Positions 1 through 8,735 of a stretch of DNA of 64,000 nucleotides are shown one piece after another. The stretch is from a virus (Duplodnaviria > Heunggongvirae > Uroviricota > Caudoviricetes). The notes beneath the pieces are model-generated. The model was given only the letters and a program-made list of their open reading frames with translations, did not search any database and had not been told where the DNA came from. Position 1 is the stretch's first letter; every line of letters starts with the position of its first letter. The stretch spans positions 1-64,000 of IMG/VR virus record IMGVR_UViG_2974578479_000001. One strand, given 5' to 3'. Position numbers and translations under genes: made by a program.

Positions 1-268
1 TATCTTCTCCTGAAGTCGCATAGTACTTCGCACTTTTTGTTCAATCACCTTTTTTCAAAAATGATAACATGAGGTTCAGGAAAATCTCGAAGGTACGTGA
101 AATCAAATACGAATTCTAAAAAATTTGGAGTACCCTCTAGACTTTTGCTGAGATCTCGAAAGTACAAAAAACATATAAGGAAGTGTGAAAATTTTATTGA
201 ATTGAAAAGTACTAAAGTACTATTTTGTACTGTACAAAAACACAGTACAAAAATAATTGAAATAAACC

Positions 269-297
269 TTGACGTGTTACGGGTGCGATGATATGAT
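269..297 (+). promoter_or_regulatory. sigma70-like promoter (TTGACG-17-TATGAT)
   Basis: -35 ttgacg at 269-274, 17-nt spacer, tatgat at 292-297, read directly. Confidence 0.35.
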
Positions 298-599
298 GTA
301 TCCAAGATGAAGAACACAGTTAGACACCTCTCTCGTTGACGCTGTATGAATCATCTAGTACTGGTAAATTGCCGAACATGTTGCCGCATGTTATTACTGG
401 TACGAAATGGGAATACCTTATTCCCCTCTCTCTTTCTCGCTATTGTTCAGGAAAGATTTAGTACTGAACGTTTGGAAGTAATACTGTACTAATTAGGATA
501 GTACTTTATAATGAGTTCTCATGAAGCACACGCTGGAGAATATATTATAAAGTACTATCCTTTTTTGCATTGTACTATAAGAATAGAAGTACTAATAGA

Positions 600-850
600 G
601 TACCTTTTGATAGATGGATTTGTTTTGAGGATTGTCTGAATTTTGGGTGTACTATCCCTATCTGCTATCTATAGATGGATAGACTTCTGGCAGTGTAGAT
701 GTATAGATGGTTGAACGTCTAGACAGCTATCCTTCTGGATGGCTAAATGTCTAAACGTCTAGATGGTTATCCCTCTAGACGTTTAGACGGCTAAACGCTT
801 TTTTGTCTCGATTTTCCATTAGTTCCCCTTCCGCGTCTAGTTAGTACTAG
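600..850. repeat. iteron-like cluster: repeated TAGATGG, GTCTAGAC and CTAAACG motifs
   Basis: tagatgg/ctggatgg at ~612, 673, 705, 735 and 761; gtctagac palindrome at 717; further copies at 755-798. Confidence 0.5.
749..788. repeat. perfect 15-bp inverted repeat gtctaaacgtctaga / tctagacgtttagac with 10-bp spacer
   Basis: arms 749-763 and 774-788 are exact reverse complements. Confidence 0.8.
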
Positions 851-993
851 GCAGAATCGAAAGGCGTCTTTTCGTGTTGACAGAGCTATATTATCAAACG
901 GTGATCCATTATGCAAGGACTTTTTTCAATAAAAATAAATTTGACAAGTACAAACCGGATGTAGTACTATAATCACAACAAAGAGAAATTTGT

Positions 994-1100
994 AGCCCAC
1001 AGGGTGCCAAGATCCGCCTATTAGAAATTAAATGCGAATGAGAATCATTACCGATTATAGGTATATCTCCGCACCCTCTGGGGTATCCGATTTCTCTCGT
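994..1100. repeat. ~100-bp dispersed repeat, copy 1 (cccacagggtgc ... gcaccctctggggtatccgatttctctcgt)
   Basis: near-identical to 3711-3800; contains inverted arms agggtgc/gcaccct. Confidence 0.7.
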
Positions 1101-1474
1101 CTGAAATAATAATATCAAAGTACGGTATAAGATGCAAGGACTTTTTTCGTTTTTGGTGAAAATAGTTTAGATCGTTGTATACGTATAAAGGAAAGGATTT
1201 AAAAGGCGAACAGGTGGAGCGGGGCGAAGGTATAGCAGTACTATATAAACGCCGTGTAATGGTTCCTATGCGTTATATGGGGGCATGTACACGTATAAAG
1301 GAAAGAAACCCTATAGCAGAACTATTTTTAAAAAGATTGCATAAAGTACTTGCAAAGGTTTACCGGTATGATAATATCTATCTCGTCAACACGACACCGC
1401 TCTTTAACAACTTGCTAGACAATTACTTGATAGTGATTCTTCTCTTTAGAAATAAGGAAAAAGAAAAACAAAAA

Positions 1475-1507
1475 AGTACTTGACGGCAAGAATGGAAAGT
1501 GTAGAAT
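1475..1507 (+). promoter_or_regulatory. early promoter cassette (AGTACTTGAC ... TAGAAT)
   Basis: aaaaagtacttgacgg with tagaat 16 nt downstream. Confidence 0.5.
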
Positions 1508-1690
1508 GTTGGTTATCGAAAGGCGGTAAGGTTCGCCGGATGATAGGAAAGGGTAACAGGGCAAAATAAAGTACTGTTGCAGTGTGAAGCCGAAAGTGCT
1601 CACATAGCCTTATAAAAAGCTTACTAACTGTAAGTGACCTATCTACCGCCTAACGATGTAACAAAAAAAAGTTTCTAAGAAGTTGAAAAA

Positions 1691-1725
1691 AGTACTTGAC
1701 GGATAGAAACGAAACGTAGTAATAT
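1691..1725 (+). promoter_or_regulatory. early promoter cassette (AGTACTTGAC ... TAATAT)
   Basis: aaaaagtacttgacgg, -10 taatat; strong SD plus ATG of 1786 gene downstream. Confidence 0.5.
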
Positions 1726-1785
1726 GTGTTCAAGCCAAACGGCTTACCAAACAAACTAAACTAAACTTTTAAGAGGATTTAAATC

Positions 1786-2448
1786 ATGACTACTACCAAC
1801 AACGCAAAAGCTACCCGTATCACTCTGAACTCTATCGTTTTCGCCAATGCTCCAGTACTGGCAGCGGTTGCCGAAGGTGAACAGCCTCACAGCAAAGAAG
1901 TGATCGCACAGCACAAAACGCAGGTAGCGGAGTTTGTTGCAAATCAGGGTAAAGAACTGGCTGGCTACATTCTCGGCAAAGTTGAAACTCCTGACGTGAT
2001 TCTGGCGATTCTGAAAGAAGCCGCTAAACAGGTTCCAGCAGTACAGAAACAACTGGCAGAAGAAGCCGCGAAAGCCGAAGCCGAAGCCGCAGAACAGCGT
2101 AAAAAAGACGCTGAAGCCGCTGAAGCGAAACGCAAAGCTGATGAAGAAGCACTTCAGGCCGAAAAAGATAAAATGTTGAAAATCCTTACTGATAGCGGTC
2201 TGGATCTGGAAATCGCTCAAACAATGGTCGCCGCTGGCCTGAAAGCAAAAGCACCAGCGAACGCACCGAAAAACAGCTACGAACGTGTAGCGGTAACGGT
2301 GAACGGCAAAGGTTATGATGTTCCAGTACGTGGGAACATGAGCGAAGAACTCAAAGCACTGGTTGCTAAAGACGGCGGGGATCGTGAAGCGTTTATCAAC
2401 AAATACCGCAACGAACCAGCAGCAGCAGAAACCAACACCGCCGAATAA
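1786..2448 (+). CDS. hypothetical protein, Ala/Glu/Lys-rich helical middle (TolA-like low complexity), higher-GC island
   Basis: 220 aa; SD aagagga; two upstream promoters; enterobacterial-like codons (ctg, gcg, ccg), ~48% GC versus ~33% in flanks. Confidence 0.6.
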   Translation: MTTTNNAKATRITLNSIVFANAPVLAAVAEGEQPHSKEVIAQHKTQVAEFVANQGKELAGYILGKVETPDVILAILKEAAKQVPAVQKQLAEEAAKAEAEAAEQRKKDAEAAEAKRKADEEALQAEKDKMLKILTDSGLDLEIAQTMVAAGLKAKAPANAPKNSYERVAVTVNGKGYDVPVRGNMSEELKALVAKDGGDREAFINKYRNEPAAAETNTAE

Positions 2449-2467
2449 TATCACGGCGTAACGCGAA

Positions 2468-2487
2468 AGGGGGCTAACTAGCCCCCT
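2468..2487 (+). other. stem-loop agggggctaactagccccct (no T-tract)
   Basis: inverted repeat directly after the stop of the 1786 gene. Confidence 0.4.
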
Positions 2488-2593
2488 AAGCCGTTCTAAC
2501 AGTACTGTAATGCAATCGGTTATAGTACTGTTAAAACGTCTTAGAAACGATCCTACGGCGTTCTACAATACCTTTTAAGTGAGAGTAAACGCT

Positions 2594-2863
2594 ATGGAAC
2601 TAAAACCCATTACAGAGTTAATTGATCCTAAGACAAGGATCGCCCGAACGATGAACGCCGTTAGCAGTACTAAACAAGTATATAGCGGCTATCTGGCTTT
2701 TGTTGTAGATGGGAAGATCCTACAACGCAGGATCTATGATATGGCTTATAATAGCCTTTATGATTCCTGTATGTATATAGTACACCAGAAAGTTAACTAT
2801 GCCGTTAATGTATCAGCTAAACCAATTAGCGGGGCGTTTAACGTTGAATCCTTAACTGTATAA
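2594..2863 (+). CDS. hypothetical protein (90 aa)
   Basis: ATG preceded by the ttaagtgagag SD motif shared by many genes in this window. Confidence 0.5.
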   Translation: MELKPITELIDPKTRIARTMNAVSSTKQVYSGYLAFVVDGKILQRRIYDMAYNSLYDSCMYIVHQKVNYAVNVSAKPISGAFNVESLTV

Positions 2864-2887
2864 AATTTAGTTTTATTCATAAATATT

Positions 2888-2920
2888 AAAGCCGCATTGA
2901 TTGGCAATGCGGCTTTTTAT
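2888..2920 (+). terminator. rho-independent terminator (12-bp stem aaagccgcattg/caatgcggcttt plus T-tract)
   Basis: perfect 12-bp inverted repeat then ttttt. Confidence 0.7.
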
Positions 2921-2933
2921 TATGGATTAAATT

Positions 2934-3350
2934 ATGAGATACAAAAAACCTGAACCTGTACATATTCAAGGAAAATGCGTTATAGATGGATGTGACAATC
3001 TACAGGCAGTAGTTAAGAAAAACAAATACGGGGCAAGATGTAGCAAACATCTTAGGGAATCATGGCAATCTAATGATCCTGAAATTTTCAAGTATCTAAG
3101 CATTAAAAGATTATATGGATTAGAAAAAGAAGACTATATAAAACTACTTGAATCACAAGATTATAAGTGTTACATTTGTGGAACTCATCAAGATGATAGC
3201 AGTAGAGAAGTATTATATGTTGACCATGATCACAGTACTAATAAAATCCGTGGGTTATTATGTCATCATTGTAATACTGGTATAGGAAATTTTAAAGATG
3301 ATCCTGAACTCTTACAACGTGCTATAGACTATTTGAAAAAGAATTCATAA
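2934..3350 (+). CDS. HNH homing-type endonuclease
   Basis: CYICG...VDHDHSTNKIRGLLCHHCNTGIGNF matches the HNH/Cys-box pattern; very AT-rich; lies between a terminator and a promoter cassette. Confidence 0.8.
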   Translation: MRYKKPEPVHIQGKCVIDGCDNLQAVVKKNKYGARCSKHLRESWQSNDPEIFKYLSIKRLYGLEKEDYIKLLESQDYKCYICGTHQDDSSREVLYVDHDHSTNKIRGLLCHHCNTGIGNFKDDPELLQRAIDYLKKNS

Positions 3351-3383
3351 AGTACTTGCAATAAGTTTTAAGTACTGTAGAAT
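3351..3383 (+). promoter_or_regulatory. early promoter cassette (AGTACTTGCA-N-AGTACTG-TAGAAT)
   Basis: agtacttgca at 3351-3360; tagaat at 3378-3383; followed by tatcgaaac and an SD. Confidence 0.55.
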
Positions 3384-3415
3384 ATCCTATATCGAAACAA
3401 CACGGAGTAAATGAA

Positions 3416-3640
3416 ATGAGATTAAGTAAACTGTTAGCGGAGTTGTCGAAGGTTGCAGAACTTGCGAAAGTACACGGCAACAATGATCCTGATATTTCTT
3501 TTTGGCATGATGAAATTGAAACAATCGAACATTTAGAAGTATCATTCCCGCAAGATCTGGATGATGCCAGAATACCGACTAAAGTACTATCGGAAACTGA
3601 GAAAGGAAACTTTTCATTTAGATTAGTACTACCAGAATAA
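3416..3640 (+). CDS. hypothetical protein (74 aa)
   Basis: ORF with promoter cassette and SD ggagtaaatgaa. Confidence 0.5.
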   Translation: MRLSKLLAELSKVAELAKVHGNNDPDISFWHDEIETIEHLEVSFPQDLDDARIPTKVLSETEKGNFSFRLVLPE

Positions 3641-3653
3641 TCTTTACAAAAAT

Positions 3654-3672
3654 GGGGTTGACAGCCAGCCCC
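3654..3672 (+). promoter_or_regulatory. PeSL-like stem-loop promoter (ggggttgacagccagcccc)
   Basis: TTGACA -35 sits inside the hairpin stem. Confidence 0.5.
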
Positions 3673-3710
3673 AAAAAATGCAATAATACATACAAGCCAG
3701 AGAAATGGCG

Positions 3711-3800
3711 TAACCCACAGGGTGCGGAGATCCGTCCGTAGAAAATTCAGTACTTAATAGATATATCTCGGCACCCTCTAGGGTATCCGATTTCTCTCGT
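3711..3800. repeat. ~100-bp dispersed repeat, copy 2
   Basis: acccacagggtgcggagatccg ... atatctcggcaccctctagggtatccgatttctctcgt, near-identical to 994-1100. Confidence 0.7.
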
Positions 3801-3875
3801 ATGTAAGTATTATGCCAGTACTGAGAACATAAAGCAAGGGGTAAACGAAAATAAAAATTAAAATTCAAATGAAAA

Positions 3876-3908
3876 AGTACTTGCAATAAGTTTTAAGTAC
3901 TGTATACT
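3876..3908 (+). promoter_or_regulatory. early promoter cassette
   Basis: aaattcaaatgaaaaagtacttgcaataagttttaagtactgtatact. Confidence 0.55.
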
Positions 3909-3941
3909 TACCTTATCGAAACAAATGAAAGGATTTAAGAA

Positions 3942-4334
3942 ATGGAACGTAATGAGCAATTTAGATTAGTTCTTGAAGTACTGGAAAACATGCAAGCTTG
4001 TTTAGATGTTAATGATACATATGTGCGTATCAATGGCAAGAGTTTTAATCTTAATCGACATGCGGGGATCTGCTGGCATGTTCTCGCCTATACTCCTAAT
4101 TGTGATTATTCAGGTATTGGATTAGAATATCTTTCCCCGTTGTTTGTTAGTATGGGCTTACATCCTCATTATCCTGTAGAAATGCAGATCGTTAATGAGT
4201 TAGATCAAGCCCGTTGGATTCATTCAAAAGCAACAGATCAATATAATATCTTGGGCGAAGAAGGAAAGATCCGCCGTAAACTTTTAAAGGATTTGATTCA
4301 GTACTATAAAAAAGAGCTTGCAATTGAATCGTAA
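3942..4334 (+). CDS. hypothetical protein (130 aa)
   Basis: ORF with cassette and SD. Confidence 0.55.
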   Translation: MERNEQFRLVLEVLENMQACLDVNDTYVRINGKSFNLNRHAGICWHVLAYTPNCDYSGIGLEYLSPLFVSMGLHPHYPVEMQIVNELDQARWIHSKATDQYNILGEEGKIRRKLLKDLIQYYKKELAIES

Positions 4335-4373
4335 TACTGTATAATCTTTTATATCGAAACGGGAGATATAAAC

Positions 4374-4829
4374 ATGAATAGCAAACAATTTCAAGATGCA
4401 ACAAGAGAAGCCTTTTTGAAGTACTTCCCAAATGGCTACATTGGTATTTCTAAATTGTCAATGGGTGGCGGTTGTGGTATCTTCTGCGGGTTGATTGGTG
4501 ACATTAATGATGTGGGCGGGAAGATCCGCATGAATGACCCAATGACAGTACGGGCATTCATTCATGATAATTTTTCATTCAATGACGAAACAACTGATTT
4601 AGAAAATGTTGTTATCGAATTCGATGGATCTTGGATCTCAGTACTTCCAGACAATCCACACAATTATTGTCAATCTCACAAGGTGCCTAGTCGCAAGATT
4701 AACGCGGAGCCGTCAAAGGCATTAATTAATCTAGATAAGTACTTTAAACGCTTAAAGGATAGTGTAACCGAACAAGCTGGATTGAATCGTATTATTCAGC
4801 AAGAAAAGATCCCCGCAAAATATCTATAA
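4374..4829 (+). CDS. hypothetical protein (151 aa)
   Basis: ORF with SD gggagatataaac. Confidence 0.55.
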   Translation: MNSKQFQDATREAFLKYFPNGYIGISKLSMGGGCGIFCGLIGDINDVGGKIRMNDPMTVRAFIHDNFSFNDETTDLENVVIEFDGSWISVLPDNPHNYCQSHKVPSRKINAEPSKALINLDKYFKRLKDSVTEQAGLNRIIQQEKIPAKYL

Positions 4830-4904
4830 TATATTGTCAAAAGTACTTGCATTAAAGTAGCGAGTACTTTACAATAAGTTATCGTTAAGTGAGAGGATAA
4901 AGAA

Positions 4905-5039
4905 ATGTCAAAGATTGAAGCTTACAGAGCTGGACTGTATATGTTTACAGTACCGCCAGTAATAACCAATGCATGGAAAGAAGTTGATTGGATCAATTTT
5001 ATTGATTCTAATGGTAAATGGATGGTTCCTGTAGTATAA
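4905..5039 (+). CDS. small hypothetical protein (44 aa)
   Basis: promoter cassette at ~4838 and SD ttaagtgagaggataaagaa; below the 60-aa cutoff of the ORF track. Confidence 0.35.
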   Translation: MSKIEAYRAGLYMFTVPPVITNAWKEVDWINFIDSNGKWMVPVV

Positions 5040-5059
5040 TTTTAATTGAGGGTTTTACT

Positions 5060-5464
5060 ATGTTTTTACATGTACGCGGTTTTACTGGTGGCGGTTTCTG
5101 CTTTATGATTGATGATAAAGCGGTATCAGTACAAGAAGCATTGATCCAGAATGGTGGACGTTTCCACAAGGCAACAATAAACGCATTGAACAGAAAGAAC
5201 CTTTTTAATGAGTCAGATTTAAAAGCCTTTGAAGAACTGGCAGAATCATTACATAAAGGTTTAACTCCTTGCTCCATTCGTCAAATCCTGCGTAATGATT
5301 ACGGGATCGACGTGTTAAAAACTGATTACCTTATGTTATCATCTTCTCAGGTTGAAGATCTTAAAACTGTTTATAAGTACGCACGTTATAAGGTTCCTAC
5401 TGGTTACGTATTGAAACATTCGCCAATGTACTACTTTTACAGGTATTTGAGCAACGTAAAATAA
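5060..5464 (+). CDS. hypothetical protein (134 aa)
   Basis: ATG after SD ttgaggg; in frame with track ORF 5018. Confidence 0.5.
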   Translation: MFLHVRGFTGGGFCFMIDDKAVSVQEALIQNGGRFHKATINALNRKNLFNESDLKAFEELAESLHKGLTPCSIRQILRNDYGIDVLKTDYLMLSSSQVEDLKTVYKYARYKVPTGYVLKHSPMYYFYRYLSNVK

Positions 5465-5474
5465 TTTAAAAAAG

Positions 5475-5494
5475 GGGTTGACTACGGTCAGCCC
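5475..5494 (+). promoter_or_regulatory. PeSL-like stem-loop promoter (gggttgac-tacg-gtcagccc)
   Basis: perfect 8-bp stem containing TTGAC; TATAGT downstream. Confidence 0.5.
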
Positions 5495-5516
5495 TTTGTA
5501 GTACTATAGTATCACT

Positions 5517-5545
5517 CCAGCGAAATGGACTAACCCTATAGGGTG
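5517..5545 (+). repeat. conserved leader element CCAGCGAAATGGACTAACCCTATAGGGTG (contains the 12-bp palindrome ACCCTATAGGGT)
   Basis: recurs at 13245, 14246, 15717, 16274 and 18649, and inverted at 9105. Confidence 0.7.
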
Positions 5546-5588
5546 CAGTACTGTACCTATAATAAAAATAATTAAAATTCAAATGAAA

Positions 5589-5621
5589 AAGTACTTGCAT
5601 TAAGTATTGAGTCATGTATAA
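5589..5621 (+). promoter_or_regulatory. early promoter cassette
   Basis: agtacttgca ... tataat, then tatatcgaaag. Confidence 0.55.
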
Positions 5622-5653
5622 TCATTATATCGAAAGCAAACGAGGGTTTAACG

Positions 5654-5830
5654 ATGGATCATTTAATCGCATTACTTAATGCCTTTTGTATTAAACATGG
5701 GTTAGTACCTGCTAGTGCCGATGAAATGCTAATCGAGTATTTGGGTACTGAAAATCCAGATCCTGCAATTGTTTCATGGTTACAAGCTTATATTGTACTG
5801 TGGGACTGTACAAGTGATTTAGGTTTATAA
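5654..5830 (+). CDS. small hypothetical protein (58 aa)
   Basis: cassette-driven; SD cgagggtttaacg. Confidence 0.4.
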   Translation: MDHLIALLNAFCIKHGLVPASADEMLIEYLGTENPDPAIVSWLQAYIVLWDCTSDLGL

Positions 5831-5837
5831 TTAAAAT

Positions 5838-5870
5838 AGTACTTGCAATAATATGTGAGTACTGTATAAT
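5838..5870 (+). promoter_or_regulatory. early promoter cassette
   Basis: agtacttgcaataatatgtgagtactgtataat. Confidence 0.55.
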
Positions 5871-5902
5871 TCTTTATATCGAAAACAAACGAGGATTTTT
5901 AA

Positions 5903-6331
5903 ATGAGAACATGTAAAGAGTGTGGTAATGATTGCAAGTTAGATGTAAATGAAATCGTTAACCATTATAACGAAGATGGGAAGATTGATTTTGATTTAGA
6001 TGCGGATCATGTTGCAATTCCTGAATTAACTGACGCCGAAAGTAATATGCAAAATCCAGTACTACAAACGGCATTCAATTTTTCCGGTGATGTACCTTGC
6101 ATTAACTACGGGTTCAATTCTGGCGGTTATGAAAAATTCCAGTACTTTATTTGTGCTGATGGTGGTTGTTTAGGGATCGGGACTGTAATTAATGAGTTCC
6201 ATAAAGTGAACTTTAATGATCCTGATGATAAGCAATGGTATATCGTAGGGGTTGAAGTTAATTACGAAAATACCGAACTGGTAGACGATCACACAGGGGA
6301 TTATATACCAGCAGCGTACAGCGAAGACTAA
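5903..6331 (+). CDS. hypothetical protein, N-terminal CxxC-x3-C cluster (142 aa)
   Basis: ORF with cassette and SD. Confidence 0.55.
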   Translation: MRTCKECGNDCKLDVNEIVNHYNEDGKIDFDLDADHVAIPELTDAESNMQNPVLQTAFNFSGDVPCINYGFNSGGYEKFQYFICADGGCLGIGTVINEFHKVNFNDPDDKQWYIVGVEVNYENTELVDDHTGDYIPAAYSED

Positions 6332-6342
6332 ACAAAAGCAAC

Positions 6343-6364
6343 GGGGATCTATGATCCCCTTTTG
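6343..6364 (+). terminator. rho-independent terminator (ggggatctatgatcccc plus tttt)
   Basis: hairpin plus T-tract. Confidence 0.65.
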
Positions 6365-6371
6365 AGGTTAT

Positions 6372-6635
6372 ATGAATTTACATTATTGTACCAGAAAATT
6401 AGTTGTTGCTTTTGATTGTAGTTCTGATAAAATACATTGTGTAATATACAGAAAGGGAACACCACGCACAGATCACTGGAAAGTACTGCAATCCTATACA
6501 ATGCAACGTAAAGGGTTTAAGCACCTTGATAGCAGGACACAAAAGGCATGTTTACGGCAAGTACTTAAAGTTATGCGTAATCGTATTACACAGGCGTTAC
6601 ATGTTGCATTAACTACCAAGGATATGATAGAATGA
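6372..6635 (+). CDS. hypothetical protein (87 aa)
   Basis: ORF after the terminator; weak SD. Confidence 0.3.
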   Translation: MNLHYCTRKLVVAFDCSSDKIHCVIYRKGTPRTDHWKVLQSYTMQRKGFKHLDSRTQKACLRQVLKVMRNRITQALHVALTTKDMIE

Positions 6636-6799
6636 AATATGTAATCTATTATGATCGCAGTACTAAAAGCTGGTGGGGGTACTGGATTGATGAAAATGAA
6701 AATCAGTTAGGTGAAGCTGTTTTTGAATATCAAAAAGAAGATTGCCTGATACTCTTAGGAGAAGTCAAGGAAAATCGTCGGAATTTAATTCAAAAATAA
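6632..6799 (+). CDS. small hypothetical protein (55 aa)
   Basis: ATGA overlap with the upstream ORF. Confidence 0.3.
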   Translation: MKYVIYYDRSTKSWWGYWIDENENQLGEAVFEYQKEDCLILLGEVKENRRNLIQK

Positions 6800-6807
6800 A
6801 TGAAAAA

Positions 6808-6841
6808 AGTACTTGCATTCATGTGAGTACTTTTATATAAT
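6808..6841 (+). promoter_or_regulatory. early promoter cassette
   Basis: agtacttgcattcatgtgagtacttttatataat. Confidence 0.5.
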
Positions 6842-6923
6842 ACTTATATCGAAGCGAAATTCGAATTACCCACAGGGTGCGGAAGTATATCTATGAAAAA
6901 AAGAATTAAAATTTAAATGAAAA

Positions 6924-6956
6924 AGTACTTGCATTAGATCGTGGGTATGGTATTAT
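6924..6956 (+). promoter_or_regulatory. early promoter cassette
   Basis: agtacttgcattagatc...tattat; leader cgagaggcggcaatctcttg follows. Confidence 0.5.
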
Positions 6957-7028
6957 AACTACATCGAGAGGCGGCAATCTCTTGATAATAAAATTAATCA
7001 AATAACTTTTAAGAGAGAGAGAAAGAAA

Positions 7029-7337
7029 ATGTCTAAAGCAAACGCGATAGTATCAATGATCCCTGCAATCCTTCCAATCGGTACTGTAGTAGTTCACAAT
7101 TACGGTGAGTTCACTCATGGTACTATTGTATCTCATGTTGCTGGTGATATGTATGAAGTATTCTTTCCTGTTGAGAACTGCCCACAAACTGCAAAGTACT
7201 TGACAGATGTTAATTCTCGTGTACGTAAAATTCGCTTAAATGCTGGTTTCTTTATCAGCCGCTTTAACTCACTTGCAGCAGTTAAGATCGCACAGAAGAA
7301 GTATAAAAAATCTGGTCTAAAACTGGAAAGCATTTAA
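7029..7337 (+). CDS. hypothetical protein, paralog of the 13449 gene (GT(V/I)VVHNY..F.HGTI motif)
   Basis: 102 aa; leader identical to that of the 13449 gene. Confidence 0.6.
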   Translation: MSKANAIVSMIPAILPIGTVVVHNYGEFTHGTIVSHVAGDMYEVFFPVENCPQTAKYLTDVNSRVRKIRLNAGFFISRFNSLAAVKIAQKKYKKSGLKLESI

Positions 7338-7356
7338 TTGTAAAATCATTCACAAA

Positions 7357-7390
7357 AGTACTTTACTTATATCGTAGAGTACTTTATAAT
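7357..7390 (+). promoter_or_regulatory. early promoter cassette variant
   Basis: aaagtactttact...gagtactttataat. Confidence 0.45.
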
Positions 7391-7417
7391 GAAGTTACTA
7401 AGTAAGAGGAAGCAAAT

Positions 7418-7486
7418 ATGAAACGCTGGCATGAAGTACTGTTGTTTGTTTTGTTTATTCTAGTAACTTGTGTAAATTTTAATTGA
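7418..7486 (+). CDS. tiny hydrophobic peptide (22 aa)
   Basis: strong SD taagtaagaggaagc; below the track cutoff. Confidence 0.3.
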   Translation: MKRWHEVLLFVLFILVTCVNFN

Positions 7487-7496
7487 GAGGTTCAAA

Positions 7497-7736
7497 ATGT
7501 CTTTATATAAAGTAGTAGTGAACTGTATTAGTGTTGGTATGGCTGGATCTCATACTCTGTTAGTATCTGGCGACTTCCCGCATATTAACGAGGCAAGAAT
7601 AGGGATCAATGAGTGGGTGGCTAATGAGTACGCCGGACGCTTAGATGTTAACGTAACATTTTTGAATCATTCAGATCAAATTTATGTTACTGATTTGAAA
7701 TCATCAGATTATGATAAAGTTATTATAATGCGTTAA
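7497..7736 (+). CDS. hypothetical protein (79 aa)
   Basis: SD ttaattgagagg. Confidence 0.5.
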   Translation: MSLYKVVVNCISVGMAGSHTLLVSGDFPHINEARIGINEWVANEYAGRLDVNVTFLNHSDQIYVTDLKSSDYDKVIIMR

Positions 7737-7749
7737 CTATATTATCAAA

Positions 7750-7783
7750 AGTACTTGCAAATAGAAAGCGAGTACTTTATAAT
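7750..7783 (+). promoter_or_regulatory. early promoter cassette (identical copies at 8379 and 8672)
   Basis: atcaaaagtacttgcaaatagaaagcgagtactttataatg. Confidence 0.6.
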
Positions 7784-7812
7784 GAAGTTACTTTAAGTAA
7801 GAGGATATTGAA

Positions 7813-8061
7813 ATGGAAAATGAAAACATCTTTACAGTTTATGCTTCTGATGCAATAACTCATATTCATCTCATTGATGAAATTGTAAAAAATACGGATG
7901 TAAAAGTATTAGCAGGTAATCCTGATGGATTATACTTTGATAATCCAATGCCGTCTATTACTTACAGTACCAAATTGAGTTATGAAGATTTTAAGAAAGT
8001 ACTGGACAAATCAACCTCATTAGAGTATCATCTTTGTATAGAAGAAGATTGGTATTGTTAA
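7813..8061 (+). CDS. hypothetical protein (82 aa)
   Basis: cassette plus SD taagtaagagga. Confidence 0.5.
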   Translation: MENENIFTVYASDAITHIHLIDEIVKNTDVKVLAGNPDGLYFDNPMPSITYSTKLSYEDFKKVLDKSTSLEYHLCIEEDWYC

Positions 8062-8086
8062 TTAACTTTTAAGTGAGATATAATTA

Positions 8087-8365
8087 ATGAAAGCATACGA
8101 ACATAAGACCATGACAGTTGCGGATCTTATTGCTAAACTGGAAAGTACTTATCCGAACAAAAACGCCGTTATCGTTGCGGATCTATGGGACGAAGACGAT
8201 ATTCGTGAAGTAGCACAGGATATTAATATTCAGCTCGACCGCGAAGAATGTCGAGTAGTAGCGGCTTATCTGGATGATACCGCAGATAAGACAAATGGTT
8301 ATAATGATGATAACATTAAGTTAGCCATTTATCAAGTTATTAATTTGGGGCTTATTAATCCTTAA
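8087..8365 (+). CDS. hypothetical protein (92 aa), acidic
   Basis: SD ttaagtgagatat. Confidence 0.5.
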   Translation: MKAYEHKTMTVADLIAKLESTYPNKNAVIVADLWDEDDIREVAQDINIQLDREECRVVAAYLDDTADKTNGYNDDNIKLAIYQVINLGLINP

Positions 8366-8378
8366 CTATATTATCAAA

Positions 8379-8411
8379 AGTACTTGCAAATAGAAAGCGA
8401 GTACTTTATAA
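8379..8411 (+). promoter_or_regulatory. early promoter cassette (duplicate of 7750)
   Basis: ~52-bp identity with 7735-7790. Confidence 0.6.
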
Positions 8412-8455
8412 TGAAGTTATTGAATCGGTACTTATTAACTAAGAGGAAGTATATC

Positions 8456-8659
8456 ATGGCTCAAAAAGATCGTCGTTACTCAATCGCAGCGGAGTTTACT
8501 GGTCACATCTCAGGTAAGAAGCGTCAAGTACTGCGTTTCTGTGGGGCGTGGGTATCGGATCATGCGACACGTCACGAAGCCGAACAAGAGATCGTGAAGT
8601 GGAAAGCCAGCGGTGAAGTGCCAGCGGTTCAATCACAGCGTGTGCTGGTGGAAGCGTAA
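8456..8659 (+). CDS. hypothetical protein (67 aa), high-GC island
   Basis: ATG after SD aagaggaag; ~52% GC; enterobacterial-like codons. Confidence 0.5.
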   Translation: MAQKDRRYSIAAEFTGHISGKKRQVLRFCGAWVSDHATRHEAEQEIVKWKASGEVPAVQSQRVLVEA

Positions 8660-8671
8660 CACATTATCAAA

Positions 8672-8705
8672 AGTACTTGCAAACAGAAAGCGAGTACTTT
8701 ATAAT
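8672..8705 (+). promoter_or_regulatory. early promoter cassette (third copy)
   Basis: aagtacttgcaaacagaaagcgagtactttataat. Confidence 0.6.
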
Positions 8706-8735
8706 GGTTACACTATTAAGCGAGAGGATAACAAA

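Noticed and set aside
45-1603. Track ORFs 45-317(-), 97-291(+), 909-1118(-), 1175-1483(+), 1415-1603(-)
   Set aside because: They lie in a promoter- and repeat-dense non-coding stretch, lack SD contexts, overlap repeat elements, and their translations are low-complexity or Cys/Phe-rich nonsense.
1756-2454. 232-aa minus-strand ORF antisense to the 1786-2448 gene
   Set aside because: It is a shadow ORF of the higher-GC plus-strand gene, which has the strong SD and promoters. The translation is Phe/Cys-rich, typical of antisense frames.
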